Position numbers and translations under genes: made by a program | Part shown: piece after piece, positions 10,605 through 21,041 of the stretch | Layout: each line of letters begins with the position of its first letter | Position numbering within the stretch: position 1 is the stretch's first letter | NCBI GenBank assembly: GCA_046723845.1 | Contig: JBKOVG010000159.1 | Coordinates: 764 to 64,763 of the forward strand | Source of the DNA: Candidatus Methylomirabilota bacterium | GTDB lineage: Bacteria; Methylomirabilota; Methylomirabilia; Rokubacteriales; CSP1-6 | Direction: 5' to 3' | Length of the DNA: 64,000 nucleotides | The notes under the pieces: model-generated | What the model was told of the DNA's origin: nothing | Seen by the model: the letters and a program-made list of their open reading frames with translations, nothing else | Databases searched by the model: none

Positions 10605-11873
10605 CTAGGCCGCCACGCTAGACTTCGAGATGAGAAATTCAAGCGTCCGCGACTCGCGGAGGTTGTGCTTGAGCCCCTCCAGGTCGCCGTTCTGACTCAT
10701 GATCCGCCGGACGGCGGGGGCGGGGCGGTTGTTGGCCACCGCAATCTTCTCTACCTCGGCGTCGATGTCGCCATCGGTGGGGATGAGCCCCTCCTTCTCG
10801 GCGATGGCCTCCAGCACGAGGGACCGCCGCACCGCCTTCTCCGCTCCCGGCTTCAGCTCCTCCAGCATCTTGCCGTAGTCCCACGGCAGCTTGTCGGGGT
10901 CGATGCCCTGGCGCCGCATGCGCTCCCGGGTGTGCTCGATGAGGTGGCCGACTTGGCGGAGCACCAACGCATCGGGCACCTCGATCTGATGCCCGGCGAG
11001 CAGCGCCTCGATGACCGCGTCATCCAGCGCGCGCCGGTTCTCCGCGTCACGCCGGGACTGGAGGCCCTTGCGCACCTCGTCCCTGAGGGCGGCCAGGGTG
11101 TCGAACTGGCCCACCGTCTTGGCCAGCTCGTCGTCGAGGGCGGGCAGGATCTTCTCCTTCACCTCGCTCACCTTCACGCTGGCCACGCCCGACTTGCCGC
11201 GCAGCCCCTCGTTCCGGTGGTCGTCGGGGAAGCGCACGTTCGCCGTGCGCTCGCCGCCCGCGGCGAGCCCGATCACCGCCTCCTCGACCTCGCGCATCAC
11301 CGCGCCGGAGCCGACGAGAAAGCTGTAGCCCGTCTGGGTCAGCGGATCCATGCCCTCGGGGGTGAGGGTGTAGTCCATGATCACGAGGTCGTTGACGTCC
11401 GCGGGACGCTCCACCGTGCGGTACTCCGCGTGCTGCTCGCGGAGGCTCTCGAGGGCCTCGTCGACCTCACGCTCCTCGAAGGGCTTGGGCTGGTGCTTCA
11501 CGGCGAGCCCCGTGTACTGGCCGAGGGTGATGGCAGGCTTGATCTCGACGAGGGCCTCGAACTTGAGCGCCGCGCCCTCCTCGAGGGTTACTTCCTTCAG
11601 GTCGGGCTCCTCCACGGGACGGAGCTGCGTCTCCTCGAGCGCCTGGCGATAGACGTCTGGGATGAGGTGCCGAGCAACCTCCTGGCGCACGTCGTCGGAG
11701 AAGTGGAGCTTGATCATGCCCCGCGGCACCTTGCCCTTGCGGAAGCCGGGGAGCTTGGCCTCCTTCTGGACGCGGTTGAAGGCCTTCTCCCACGCCTTGC
11801 TGACGACGTCCGGGGTTTCCTCGACCTGCAGGCGGCGCTTGCAGGCGCCAAGCTCTTCGACGGCGACTTTCAT
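10605..11873 (-). CDS. tig: Trigger factor (ribosome-associated peptidyl-prolyl isomerase)
   Basis: 422 aa. N-terminal ribosome-binding motif GFRKGKVP. Conserved position upstream of clpP-clpX. Confidence 0.93.
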   Translation of the reverse strand: MKVAVEELGACKRRLQVEETPDVVSKAWEKAFNRVQKEAKLPGFRKGKVPRGMIKLHFSDDVRQEVARHLIPDVYRQALEETQLRPVEEPDLKEVTLEEGAALKFEALVEIKPAITLGQYTGLAVKHQPKPFEEREVDEALESLREQHAEYRTVERPADVNDLVIMDYTLTPEGMDPLTQTGYSFLVGSGAVMREVEEAVIGLAAGGERTANVRFPDDHRNEGLRGKSGVASVKVSEVKEKILPALDDELAKTVGQFDTLAALRDEVRKGLQSRRDAENRRALDDAVIEALLAGHQIEVPDALVLRQVGHLIEHTRERMRRQGIDPDKLPWDYGKMLEELKPGAEKAVRRSLVLEAIAEKEGLIPTDGDIDAEVEKIAVANNRPAPAVRRIMSQNGDLEGLKHNLRESRTLEFLISKSSVAA

Positions 11874-11896
11874 TCCGGCTCCTGAATGAGAAGGGC

Positions 11897-11982
11897 TGGT
11901 GCGAGAGGGGGGAGTTGAACCCCCACGGGGTTGACCCTCTGGATCCTAAGTCCAGCGCGTCTGCCAGTTCCGCCACTCTCGC
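11897..11982 (-). tRNA. tRNA-Leu (anticodon TAG), type II with long variable arm, CCA encoded
   Basis: The minus strand reads GCGAGAGTGGCGGAACTGGCAGACGCGCTGGACTTAGGATCCAGAGGGTCAACCCCGTGGGGGTTCAACTCCCCCCTCTCGCACCA. The acceptor stem is GCGAGAG/CTCTCGC. The anticodon stem is CTGGA/TCCAG with loop CTTAGGA. The T-arm is GGGGG-TTCAACT-CCCCC. Confidence 0.93.
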
Positions 11983-12074
11983 AGATGTGAGGGCAAGGAT
12001 ACCACAAGGCAACAACGGCGCCGCCGGGCGATCCGCCCGTCTCCACGGGGAGTTATGTCAACCGAGAGGCCGGG

Positions 12075-13802
12075 CTAGGTGTGGGGCCGGCCGAGCGCGG
12101 AGGGGGGGATGGGCGACCAGGCGACGATGGCCTCGAGCCAGCCCAGATCACGCGCGCTGAAGGCCGGCGCACTGGGATCTCGAGGCAGGAGCCAGCGCTG
12201 CACGTAGAGGGCGCCCACGAGAAGCTTGCGGAAGTCCTCGGCGCGGTCGCGCAGCACCTGCCCTTCGTGGAGGAGGAGGCTGGCCGCGAGCAGATGGTAG
12301 AGCTGATCGGCGGCAGGCTTGGCCTCGAGCTCGGCTTCCTCGCGGGACAGCGGCGCCCAGGCGTCGATGCGGTGCTTGAGGGACTCGACGGACTCCTGCA
12401 CGAGGTCGACCCAGGGCTTGGCCGCGGGTTCCGTCACCTGCTGGAGCTGCCCGCCGATGGCGGCGAAGAGCGGCTCGTGGCAGCGCTCGCGCACGATGGC
12501 GCGCTGTACGTCGAGGGCCACGATGGGGGTGGCGCCCTCCCAGATGGAGCCGAGGTAGGCGTCGCGTACGAGCCGCGCGTTGACCCACTCCTCGATGTAG
12601 CCGTTGCCGCCCCGCACGTTCATCGCCTCGCTCGTCACCGTGCGCGCCCGCGCGGTGATCCAACACTTGGCGATGGGGGTGAGGATGCGGAAGAGCTGCC
12701 GGTGCTCGGCCGAGCCGCGATTCCAGCGGTCGAAGATCGCCGCCGAGCTGAAGACGACGGAGGCGGCGGCCTCCACGTCGAGGAGCATCTCCAGCACGCT
12801 CGCGCGCAGCAGCGGGAGGGCGAGGAGCGGGCCGCCGAAGGCCGCCCGCCCGCGCGCGTGCACGAGCGACTCCAGGAGCGCCCGGCGCATGATGCCCGCC
12901 GCACGCATGGCGTTGGACAGGCGCGAGAGGTTGACCATCTCCATCATCTGCTTGAATCCCGCGTCGACTTCTCCCACCACGTAAGCCACTGCACCCTGAT
13001 AGCTCACCTCGCCCGAGGCCATGGAGCGTGAGCCGAACTTGTCCTTGAGCCGGTTGATGATCCAGCCGTTCTTGCTGCCGTCGGGCAGGCGCTTTGGCAC
13101 GAGGAACATGCCGAGCCCTCGCGTGCCCGCGGGCGCGCCCTCGGGCCGTGCCAGGGTGAGGGCAAGGTCGGTGTTGGCGTTGGAGCAGAACCACTTGTCG
13201 CCCCAGAGCCGCCACGTGCCGTCGCGGTCCTGCCGGGCGATCGTGGTGGCCGCGCCCACGTCGGAGCCGCCGGTCCTCTCCGTCATCCACTGCGTGCCCT
13301 GGAGGAGCTGATCGAAGTCCGTGGTGGTCAGCCGCGGGATCCAGGCCGCCTTCAGCTCCGGGCTGCCGTAGTGCTCGAGCATCCGCGCTGCCGAGTCCGT
13401 CATGTTGACGGGACAGAGCAGCCCGAACTCGGACTGGGCGAAGAGATACGAGAGCGCGTATTTCACGGTCTGGGGCACGCGCCCCGGCCAGCCGAGCACG
13501 CCGTCGCGATGCGAGAGCGCGGCGAGGCCGAAGCGGCTGAAGGCGATGCGCTCCATGGCCTTGTACGACGGGTGGAAGACCACTTCGTCCACGCGCCGGC
13601 CGCCCTGGTCGAAGGCGCGCAGGGTGGGCGGATTCTTGTCCGCCAGCGCCGCCAGCTCGTCCAGCTCGCCACCCGCCACCTCGCCCATCGCGGTGAGATG
13701 CGGGCGCGCGCGCTCGAATGTCGCGGCGTCCATCACCAGCTCGCACAGGAACTGGAGGTTCCTGTCCTCGAGGTAGAAGTTGAGGCCGCGCGTGGTCGGC
13801 AT
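12075..13802 (-). CDS. Acyl-CoA dehydrogenase family protein (AidB-like, long form)
   Basis: 575 aa from ATG 13802 (MPTTRGLNFYLEDRN...). ACAD-like segments include TERTGGSDVG, KWFCSN and GGNGYIEEW. The first 95 codons of the track ORF are Arg-rich shadow overlapping the next gene. Confidence 0.8.
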   Translation of the reverse strand: MPTTRGLNFYLEDRNLQFLCELVMDAATFERARPHLTAMGEVAGGELDELAALADKNPPTLRAFDQGGRRVDEVVFHPSYKAMERIAFSRFGLAALSHRDGVLGWPGRVPQTVKYALSYLFAQSEFGLLCPVNMTDSAARMLEHYGSPELKAAWIPRLTTTDFDQLLQGTQWMTERTGGSDVGAATTIARQDRDGTWRLWGDKWFCSNANTDLALTLARPEGAPAGTRGLGMFLVPKRLPDGSKNGWIINRLKDKFGSRSMASGEVSYQGAVAYVVGEVDAGFKQMMEMVNLSRLSNAMRAAGIMRRALLESLVHARGRAAFGGPLLALPLLRASVLEMLLDVEAAASVVFSSAAIFDRWNRGSAEHRQLFRILTPIAKCWITARARTVTSEAMNVRGGNGYIEEWVNARLVRDAYLGSIWEGATPIVALDVQRAIVRERCHEPLFAAIGGQLQQVTEPAAKPWVDLVQESVESLKHRIDAWAPLSREEAELEAKPAADQLYHLLAASLLLHEGQVLRDRAEDFRKLLVGALYVQRWLLPRDPSAPAFSARDLGWLEAIVAWSPIPPSALGRPHT

Positions 13803-13840
13803 CGCGTCCTGCGCCGGCGGCGGCGCGGGGCTGGTGAGGC

Positions 13841-15145
13841 TCACCGCGCAGCTCCGCCGGGAAGCGGGGCGCCGTCCATGCCATCCCAGGGCAACCCGAG
13901 ATGGGCGAGGACGGTGGGCGCGATGTTTACATGGGAGACGGGTGCCACCACGTCCGCGCCGTCGCGATAGCCGGGGCCGCTCGCGAAGAGGAACGGCCGC
14001 TGCTCGTTGGGGCCGGTCCCGCCGTGCTGACCGCAGCCCGTGAACTCCCGCCCCTCGAGATCGGCCGCGATGTCGCCGAAGCCCCACACCCCGAACTCGT
14101 TCGGCTGGTTCTCGGCGCGCAGCGAGACGGCGGCGGCCACGGGCCCGCCCACGGGCAGCGCGACCTGGGCGAGCTCGGCTCCCATGAAGAGCTGCCCCAC
14201 CCAGTCCTGCGTCTCCAGGAAGCGACGGAGATCGTCCTCGCTGATCTTGGCGTCTCGCGCGCGATAGATGATGGTCGCCGTCCCGTTGGGAGCGGTGACC
14301 ACGTCGGTGGAGTTACGCCCGGCCTTGAGACCGGCTTCGACGAGCACACCGTCCACGTCGATGGTGCGCGCCGTCGTCTCCATGCCGTGATCCGAGCAGA
14401 TGATCAGCAGCGTCTCGTCGTCGAGCGCGTGCAGGGTGTCGAGCACCTGCTGCACGCAGCGGTCGGCGGCGCGGATGGCCGCGAGATGCGCGGGAGAGCC
14501 CAGCGGCGACTTGTGTCCCGTGTAGTCGGGCTCGGAGAGCCAGAGGACACCCAGCGCGGGCCGACGGTCGTGTAGCACTTCCTCGCAGAAGCGCGCCGTC
14601 ATCACCGCGTCTCCCGCCTCCCCCTTTTGGATGTCGAAGTGCTCGGCGTCGGACACGGGCACGAGGCCGGGGCCGAAGGAACCCGCGGTGTGATAGACGT
14701 GGCCGAAGCCGTCGGGATCCTGGAAATAGGCGGCGCCCGCGGAGACGTTCGACATCACGATGACCCCGCCGTGGCCGGCGAGACGCTCGGCGAGAGTGGG
14801 AGCAAGGAGCGTGCGACCTGTGGCCTTGCGCATCCGCTCGCGAAACTCCGGCTTGGCCACGGAGAGGCAGACCAGCCCCGCCCCCTCGTCGAGGACCATG
14901 GTGTTGCCGAGGAGGCCGTGCCGGCCCGGATGACAGCCGGTGGCGATGGAGGCCGAGGTGACGCGCGTGACCGACGGGAAAACGCCCCGGCAGCCCGTGT
15001 AGCGTTTGACGGCACTCCCGGGGAGGCTGGCGAGGGTGGGGGCCGTGTCGGGGCGGATCATGTCCGCGCGAAGGCTGTCGCAGACCACGATGACGGCGCG
15101 ACGCGAGGGAGCAGGCACGAGGGAAGCGTACCAGACTTTGTGCAC
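13841..15145 (-). CDS. Alkaline-phosphatase-superfamily enzyme (nucleotide pyrophosphatase/phosphodiesterase-like)
   Basis: Metal and nucleophile motifs of the AP superfamily are present: VIVVCDSLRAD, FPSVTRVTSASIATG, EPDYTGH and IICSDHGM. The start is uncertain; I chose GTG at 15145, and the track ORF extends to 15391 through implausible sequence. Confidence 0.7.
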   Translation of the reverse strand: MHKVWYASLVPAPSRRAVIVVCDSLRADMIRPDTAPTLASLPGSAVKRYTGCRGVFPSVTRVTSASIATGCHPGRHGLLGNTMVLDEGAGLVCLSVAKPEFRERMRKATGRTLLAPTLAERLAGHGGVIVMSNVSAGAAYFQDPDGFGHVYHTAGSFGPGLVPVSDAEHFDIQKGEAGDAVMTARFCEEVLHDRRPALGVLWLSEPDYTGHKSPLGSPAHLAAIRAADRCVQQVLDTLHALDDETLLIICSDHGMETTARTIDVDGVLVEAGLKAGRNSTDVVTAPNGTATIIYRARDAKISEDDLRRFLETQDWVGQLFMGAELAQVALPVGGPVAAAVSLRAENQPNEFGVWGFGDIAADLEGREFTGCGQHGGTGPNEQRPFLFASGPGYRDGADVVAPVSHVNIAPTVLAHLGLPWDGMDGAPLPGGAAR

Positions 15146-15232
15146 TCCGGGACGCGCTCGACAAGCCGGCGGCCGCTCACTAGTATGCGGCGTGCCGTCC
15201 GACTCGATGCGGTGCCCAGAAAAGGAGCGCTC

Positions 15233-15448
15233 ATGACGCCGATCGGTCTCGCCCTCGCCCTGCTGCTGCTCGTGGTCGCCCCGCCCGCCCACGCCGCGGA
15301 TGCCTCGCAGCAGGAGCAGAACAAGAAGGCGGTGATCGACTTCTTCCCAGCCTCCCACAGCGAAATCAAGAACGGCAAGATTGTCGAGCACTGGGATGTG
15401 ATCCAGCCCGTCCCCGAGAAGGCGGCCAACTCGAACGGCATGTTCTGA
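15233..15448 (+). CDS. Small exported SnoaL/NTF2-like remnant (71 aa), possibly a decayed gene
   Basis: AAAGGAG Shine-Dalgarno lies 6 nt before ATG 15233. A signal peptide MTPIGLALALLLLVVAPPAHA is present. The rest reads QEQNKKAVIDFF-PASHSEIK-NGKIVEHWDVIQPVPEKAANSNGMF. From memory, that corresponds to three separated segments of ~150-aa SnoaL-like proteins. Confidence 0.4.
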   Translation: MTPIGLALALLLLVVAPPAHAADASQQEQNKKAVIDFFPASHSEIKNGKIVEHWDVIQPVPEKAANSNGMF

Positions 15449-15456
15449 CGCACTCG

Positions 15457-16632
15457 ATGGCCTTCTCGCGGCCCGGGAAGCTCCCCCTCATCCTGGGCGG
15501 GCTCACCGCCCTGGGTCCGCTGTCCATCGACATGTACCTCCCGAGCTTCCAGGCCATCGCGCGCGATCTCGCGGCCAGCCCTGCTCGCGTGCAGCTCACC
15601 CTCGCCGTCTTCTTCATCGCCCTCGGCATTGGCCAGGCCTTCTATGGGCCCATCTCGGATCGCTTCGGGCGCCGCCGCCCTCTCTGCATCGGCCTCTCCG
15701 TCTACGTGCTCGCCTCCGCCGGCTGCGCGCTCGCGCGCTCCGTCGACGGCCTGATCGCCTGTCGCTTCGTGCAGGCCCTGGGTGGCTGCGCGGGCATGGT
15801 GATCGCGCGCGCCGTCGTGCGCGATCGCTTCGACGAGCGGGAAGCCGCGCGCTTCTTCTCGCTCCTCATGCTCGTCACGGGTCTGGCGCCCATCCTGGCG
15901 CCGTCCATCGGCGGGCAGATCGTGGTCTTCCTGTCCTGGCGGGCGATCTTCTGGATCCTCGCGGGCTTCGGCGTCTACGGGCTCACCACCGTGCTCCTGC
16001 TCCTGCCGGAATCGCTGCCGCCGGAGCGGCGGGCCCAGGGGGGGGTGGGTGAGGCCCTTTACGTCTACGCGAGCCTCCTGCGCGACCGCTCCTTCATGCG
16101 CTACGCGCTGTCCGGGGCGCTCGTCATCTCGGGCATGTTCGCCTACATCTTCGGCTCACCCTTCGTCTTCATGCAGATCCACGGCGTGCGCCCGGAGCGC
16201 TTCGGGTGGATCTTCGGCGCCATCGCCTTCGGCCTGATCAGCGCCTCCCAGCTCAACCGCTTCCTCCTCGCCCGCATCGCCGCGCCACGCATCCTGTCGA
16301 GCGCGCTCGTCGTCACCGCGACGGCGGGGAGCGCGCTCGCCATCGTGGTATGGACGGGCACGGACGGGCTCCCCGCTCTCATCGCCCCGCTCTTCGTGTA
16401 CGTAGCGAGCCTGGGCTTCGTACTGCCCAACGTGATCGCCACCGCGCTCGCTCCGCAGGGCCGCCGGGCGGGCACCGCCTCTGCGCTTCTCGGCACGCTG
16501 CAGTTCGGGGCCGGCGCCACCGTGGGCATCCTCCTGGGAGTGCTGGGCAACGGCACCGCGCTGCCCATGGCGGGGCTGATCGCCGCCTGCGGCCTCGCCG
16601 CCCTCATCGTCCACCGCGCGACCGCGCCTTGA
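15457..16632 (+). CDS. Bcr/CflA-family MFS multidrug efflux transporter
   Basis: 391 aa and 12-TM-like. The family-typical N-terminus is LGPLSIDMYLPSFQAIARDL...GPISDRFGRRRPL. Confidence 0.85.
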   Translation: MAFSRPGKLPLILGGLTALGPLSIDMYLPSFQAIARDLAASPARVQLTLAVFFIALGIGQAFYGPISDRFGRRRPLCIGLSVYVLASAGCALARSVDGLIACRFVQALGGCAGMVIARAVVRDRFDEREAARFFSLLMLVTGLAPILAPSIGGQIVVFLSWRAIFWILAGFGVYGLTTVLLLLPESLPPERRAQGGVGEALYVYASLLRDRSFMRYALSGALVISGMFAYIFGSPFVFMQIHGVRPERFGWIFGAIAFGLISASQLNRFLLARIAAPRILSSALVVTATAGSALAIVVWTGTDGLPALIAPLFVYVASLGFVLPNVIATALAPQGRRAGTASALLGTLQFGAGATVGILLGVLGNGTALPMAGLIAACGLAALIVHRATAP

Positions 16633-16676
16633 CGCGCCGCGGAGACGTCCCTTACTCTCTCGCGGGGAGGACATCC

Positions 16677-17066
16677 ATGCGATCACTGGTCATCGCGCTC
16701 ATGGTCGGCGCCGCGCTCACGGGTTGCAACACCGTCACCGGCATGAAGCAGGACACCAACGCGGCCGCGGACTACACCTATGAGAAGAAAGAGGAGTACG
16801 AGCGGGCGCTCGCCGAGCAGATGCGCGACCTCGACAAGAAGACCGACGAGCTCAAGGCGAAGGCGGCGAAGTCGAGCGACTCGGTGAAGGCGGAGTTCAA
16901 CCGGAGCATGGAGTCGCTCGACAGGGAGAAAGCGGTGCTCAACGAGAAGATGGCGGCGGTGAAGACCTCCACCGCCTCGAGCTGGAACGAGGTCAAGGCC
17001 GGCGCCGACTCCGCCATGGCCTCCGTGAAGCAGGCCTACGAGAAGGCGAAGGCGAGCCTGCCGTAG
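16677..17066 (+). CDS. Small coiled-coil lipoprotein
   Basis: GGGGAGG Shine-Dalgarno lies before ATG 16677. The lipobox is MRSLVIALMVGAALTGC. The rest is Lys/Glu/Ala-rich and helical. Confidence 0.65.
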   Translation: MRSLVIALMVGAALTGCNTVTGMKQDTNAAADYTYEKKEEYERALAEQMRDLDKKTDELKAKAAKSSDSVKAEFNRSMESLDREKAVLNEKMAAVKTSTASSWNEVKAGADSAMASVKQAYEKAKASLP

Positions 17067-17080
17067 CCGCGCTCGCCTTC

Positions 17081-17120
17081 GCCTCCCCCGGCCTCCCCGG
17101 CGGAGAGGCCAGGGGAGGGG
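17081..17120. terminator. GC-rich hairpin between convergent genes (putative bidirectional terminator)
   Basis: GCCTCCCCCGGCCTC...GAGGCCAGGGGAGGGGGC forms a ~15-bp stem with one mismatch. It lies between the lipoprotein stop (17066) and the MaoC stop (17122). There is no clear U-tract. Confidence 0.4.
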
Positions 17121-17121
17121 G

Positions 17122-17580
17122 CTAGGCGTACTGCAGTCCCATCACCTCGGCGATGAGGGCGGGGCGGTCCTTCCCCTCCACCTCCATCACCATCTCTGAC
17201 GTGATGCGCACGCCGTTGCCCTCGACGTCCTCCACGTTCTTGATGGTCTGCTTGAGGCGGATGCGCGAGCCCGCGGGCACCGTGCCCGTGAAGCGCACCT
17301 TGTTGGAGCCGTAGTTGATGCCGCGCGTGCGCTTCTCCACCTTGAGGAGCTGGGGCACGAGGCGGGGCAGGAGCGAGAGCGTCAGGTAGCCGTGAGCGAT
17401 GGTCTTGCCTCCGGGCATCTCCTTCTTCGCGCGCTCCACGTCCACGTGGATCCACTGGTGATCGCCGGTGGCCTCCGCGAACTTGTCGATCATGGCCTGA
17501 TCGACGATGAGCCAGTCGGAGGGGCCGAGCGTCTTGCCGATGTGCTTCTTGAGATCCTGGGGCGTCTCGACGATGAGCAT
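17122..17580 (-). CDS. MaoC-like (R)-specific enoyl-CoA hydratase / hot-dog dehydratase
   Basis: 152 aa. The hydratase-2 motif context is ATGDHQWIHVDVERAKKEMPGGKTIAHGYL. Confidence 0.85.
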   Translation of the reverse strand: MLIVETPQDLKKHIGKTLGPSDWLIVDQAMIDKFAEATGDHQWIHVDVERAKKEMPGGKTIAHGYLTLSLLPRLVPQLLKVEKRTRGINYGSNKVRFTGTVPAGSRIRLKQTIKNVEDVEGNGVRITSEMVMEVEGKDRPALIAEVMGLQYA

Positions 17581-17672
17581 GGGCGGCTCCTTGATGGTGA
17601 GGGCTAGGCGTCCGGTCGCCGATTATGCCCCATCGGTTGCCGTCCCACCAGCGGCGGCCCGCGTCATCCCCG

Positions 17673-17681
17673 TGGTATATT
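17673..17681 (+). promoter_or_regulatory. Possible extended -10 promoter element for ispG
   Basis: TGgTATATT at 17673-17681 is AT-rich in a GC-rich context and lies 10 nt upstream of ATG 17692. No Shine-Dalgarno is present, so the leader would be very short. No good -35. Confidence 0.3.
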
Positions 17682-17691
17682 GGCCTCCATC

Positions 17692-18900
<1,209 letters not shown>

Positions 18901-18994
18901 CCGGGCCCGCCTCATTTCCGCCCGCGTTCCTGCCTGGCGCACCGTTGCGCCCCGTTTCCGCGATGCTCTCGGGCTCGCCCTCTCGGGTGTTCCC

Positions 18995-19822
18995 GTGCAG
19001 ATCGCGGCGGAGCGCCGCTACATCCGGCGCCCGGGTCGGAGAGAGATCCGGCGCGCCTTCGCCGAGGGCGCCACCATCTACATGCCGCAGATCCACCAGG
19101 TGCTGCCACGGGTAGCGCGGCTCATGGCTGGGCTTCGCGCCACGCGCTTCGGCCCCGGGCGCGAAGAGTGCTCGTTCCTCTTCCTCGTCAACGGGAGGGG
19201 ACGGCAGGGGTTGGGGCTCCACCACGACGGTGACGTCGACAGCGTGTGGCTCCAGCTCGAGGGACAGCGCACGGTGACGACCGGCCCCCCCATGCCGCGT
19301 GGCACTCCCCAGGATCTCGACGAGCGCATAATTGGCCGCGGCTGGGTCACGCGGGACCTGGCCCCCGGCTCGCTGTTCTACCTGCCGCCGCGCACTCCAC
19401 ACCGCGTCGTCTGTCACGGCCGCTCCCTCGCGCTTTCCCTCACGTGGAAGACGCGCGTGACGCCACTCACGGGGGCTCGCGCAGCGCGGGCCCTCACACG
19501 GTGGGACGTCACCTCCGGACAGGCGAAGCCCATGCCCCGTGGCGCGGCCGACGAGGTCTGGACCCAGGTGCCCGCCTGTCCCGGCCCGGTGGACCGGCGG
19601 CGCGGCGATTTCCCGCTCTGGCTCCCGGGCGGCGTGCTGCGTCTCCCCGCCCGCTCTCACCCGCTCGCGCGCCAGCTTTCCACCATGCCGACCCTCCGGC
19701 GCTCCACCCTGGGCGCGGCCGGGCAACCACTCCTCGACGCGGGCGTGCTCGGCCCGCGCGACCTGCCCCTTCGCATCGTGCCGGCTAGACCCAAGACCCT
19801 CGACGGCTGGCGATTCGCTTGA
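18995..19822 (+). CDS. JmjC/cupin-4-like domain protein
   Basis: 275 aa. Reads FLFLVNGRGRQGLGLHHDGDVDSVWLQLEGQR...LFYLPPRTPHRV, with HxD...H facial-triad spacing typical of JmjC/cupin oxygenases. The C-terminal ~100 aa are low complexity. Confidence 0.55.
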   Translation: MQIAAERRYIRRPGRREIRRAFAEGATIYMPQIHQVLPRVARLMAGLRATRFGPGREECSFLFLVNGRGRQGLGLHHDGDVDSVWLQLEGQRTVTTGPPMPRGTPQDLDERIIGRGWVTRDLAPGSLFYLPPRTPHRVVCHGRSLALSLTWKTRVTPLTGARAARALTRWDVTSGQAKPMPRGAADEVWTQVPACPGPVDRRRGDFPLWLPGGVLRLPARSHPLARQLSTMPTLRRSTLGAAGQPLLDAGVLGPRDLPLRIVPARPKTLDGWRFA

Positions 19823-19845
19823 CCGAAAGGAGATCCATCGCACTC

Positions 19846-20220
19846 ATGGCACTCAGTTACGAGATCAGTGCTGAGCGGAAGAACATCCGGGTCACGGCCA
19901 CGGGCGAGATCTCGTCCGAAGAGTTCGTCGACCTTCATCACCGCTTCGCGGCCACCCCCGCGGTGCAGGCGGATTTCTCCATCCTCTTCGACCTCCGCCA
20001 GGCGCAGGCTCCAGGCGACGGCTTCACCACGGACGGGGTGCGGGCCCTTGCCGCCCTCCCGCCCATCCTCGCCCGTGCCTCGCGTCGGGCCGTCGTGGTG
20101 CGTACCGACCTCGGCTTCGGCATCGCCCGCATGTATAGGCTCCGGCCGGGCGATCGCATGACGGCCTTCGAGGTCTTCCGCCACCTCGATGAAGCGGAGC
20201 GGTGGATCGAGCAGAGCTGA
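19846..20220 (+). CDS. Hypothetical protein (STAS/SpoIIAA-like fold suspected)
   Basis: 124 aa from ATG 19846 (MALSYEISAERKNIRVTATGEIS...). No catalytic motifs. The alternative start 19819 overlaps the preceding stop. Confidence 0.5.
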   Translation: MALSYEISAERKNIRVTATGEISSEEFVDLHHRFAATPAVQADFSILFDLRQAQAPGDGFTTDGVRALAALPPILARASRRAVVVRTDLGFGIARMYRLRPGDRMTAFEVFRHLDEAERWIEQS

Positions 20221-20240
20221 CGGCACCGGCCGCCCGGGCC

Positions 20241-20283
20241 TTGACAGCAGTTCGATAGTTTCATACCATTCGAAATATGAAAG
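20241..20283 (+). promoter_or_regulatory. ars promoter with ArsR-type operator palindrome; arsR mRNA probably leaderless
   Basis: -35 is TTGACA (20241-20246), followed by a 17-nt spacer and -10 TACCAT (20264-20269). The arsR ATG at 20277 is 7 nt after the -10 and has no Shine-Dalgarno. The inverted repeat TTTCATA (20259-20265) / TATGAAA (20276-20282) spans the -10 and the start codon. Confidence 0.55.
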
Positions 20284-20585
20284 CCATCGCCCGGCTACCC
20301 CTGTCCCAGCTGGAGGCCGACGAGACCCATGTCGAGGCGTTCAAGGCCCTCGGCCATCTCTCTCGCCTTCAGGTGTTCTTCTACCTCGTGCGCGCCGGTC
20401 GGGAAGTGCCCGCGGGCGAGATCCAGGCCGCCGTGGAGATTCCCGGGCCGACCCTCTCTCACCACCTGGATGCGCTCCGACGCGCCGGGCTCGTGGAAAG
20501 CCGGAAGGAAGAGCGGTACGTCTACTACTCCGTGCAACGGGAGACGGCGACCACCCTGGCCCGCTTGCTCACCGCCTGCTGCTAG
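20277..20585 (+). CDS. arsR: ArsR/SmtB-family metalloregulator (C-terminal Cys-pair type)
   Basis: 102 aa. The wHTH is FKALGHLSRLQVFFYLV...LSHHLDALRRAGLVESRKEERYVYY. It has no ELCVCDL motif but ends ...LLTACC. Confidence 0.85.
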   Translation: MKAIARLPLSQLEADETHVEAFKALGHLSRLQVFFYLVRAGREVPAGEIQAAVEIPGPTLSHHLDALRRAGLVESRKEERYVYYSVQRETATTLARLLTACC

Positions 20586-20596
20586 AGGAGGCCCCC

Positions 20597-21031
20597 ATGA
20601 GCGCAAAGGTCCACCTGCACCTCCACGTCTCGGATCTCGGCAAGAGCCGCGACTTCTACGAGCGATTCCTCGGCGCGGGTCCCGTCAAGGTGAAGACGGG
20701 CTACGTGAAGTTCCTGCCCGAATGGGCACCCGTCAACCTCGCCCTCTCACAAGGCCGACACGCCGCGGAGGGCACAGTGAATCACGTCGGCGTCCAGGTC
20801 GACACGGTGAGCGCCGTCATGGACCACCTCGCCCGCGTCAAGGCAGCCGGCCTGCCCGTGCGGGAAGAGATGGGGGTGAACTGCTGCCACGCCAACCAGG
20901 ACAAGTTCTGGGTCCAGGACCCGGATGGCGTGGAGTGGGAGGTGTACCACCTCAACTACGATCTCGAAGACGAGGCGTCCGCCGCCAAGGGGCTTCAGCT
21001 CGCCAAGAGCCGCGCCTGCTGCAGCTCCTGA
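20597..21031 (+). CDS. ArsI/CadI-family VOC (glyoxalase-fold) metalloenzyme, candidate C-As lyase
   Basis: 144 aa with GAGGAG Shine-Dalgarno upstream. The VOC fold is seen in HLHLHVSDLGKSRDFYERFLG. A vicinal Cys pair is present in GVNCCHANQDKFWVQDPDGVEWEVY. Confidence 0.75.
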   Translation: MSAKVHLHLHVSDLGKSRDFYERFLGAGPVKVKTGYVKFLPEWAPVNLALSQGRHAAEGTVNHVGVQVDTVSAVMDHLARVKAAGLPVREEMGVNCCHANQDKFWVQDPDGVEWEVYHLNYDLEDEASAAKGLQLAKSRACCSS

Positions 21032-21041
21032 GGGGTCGGCG

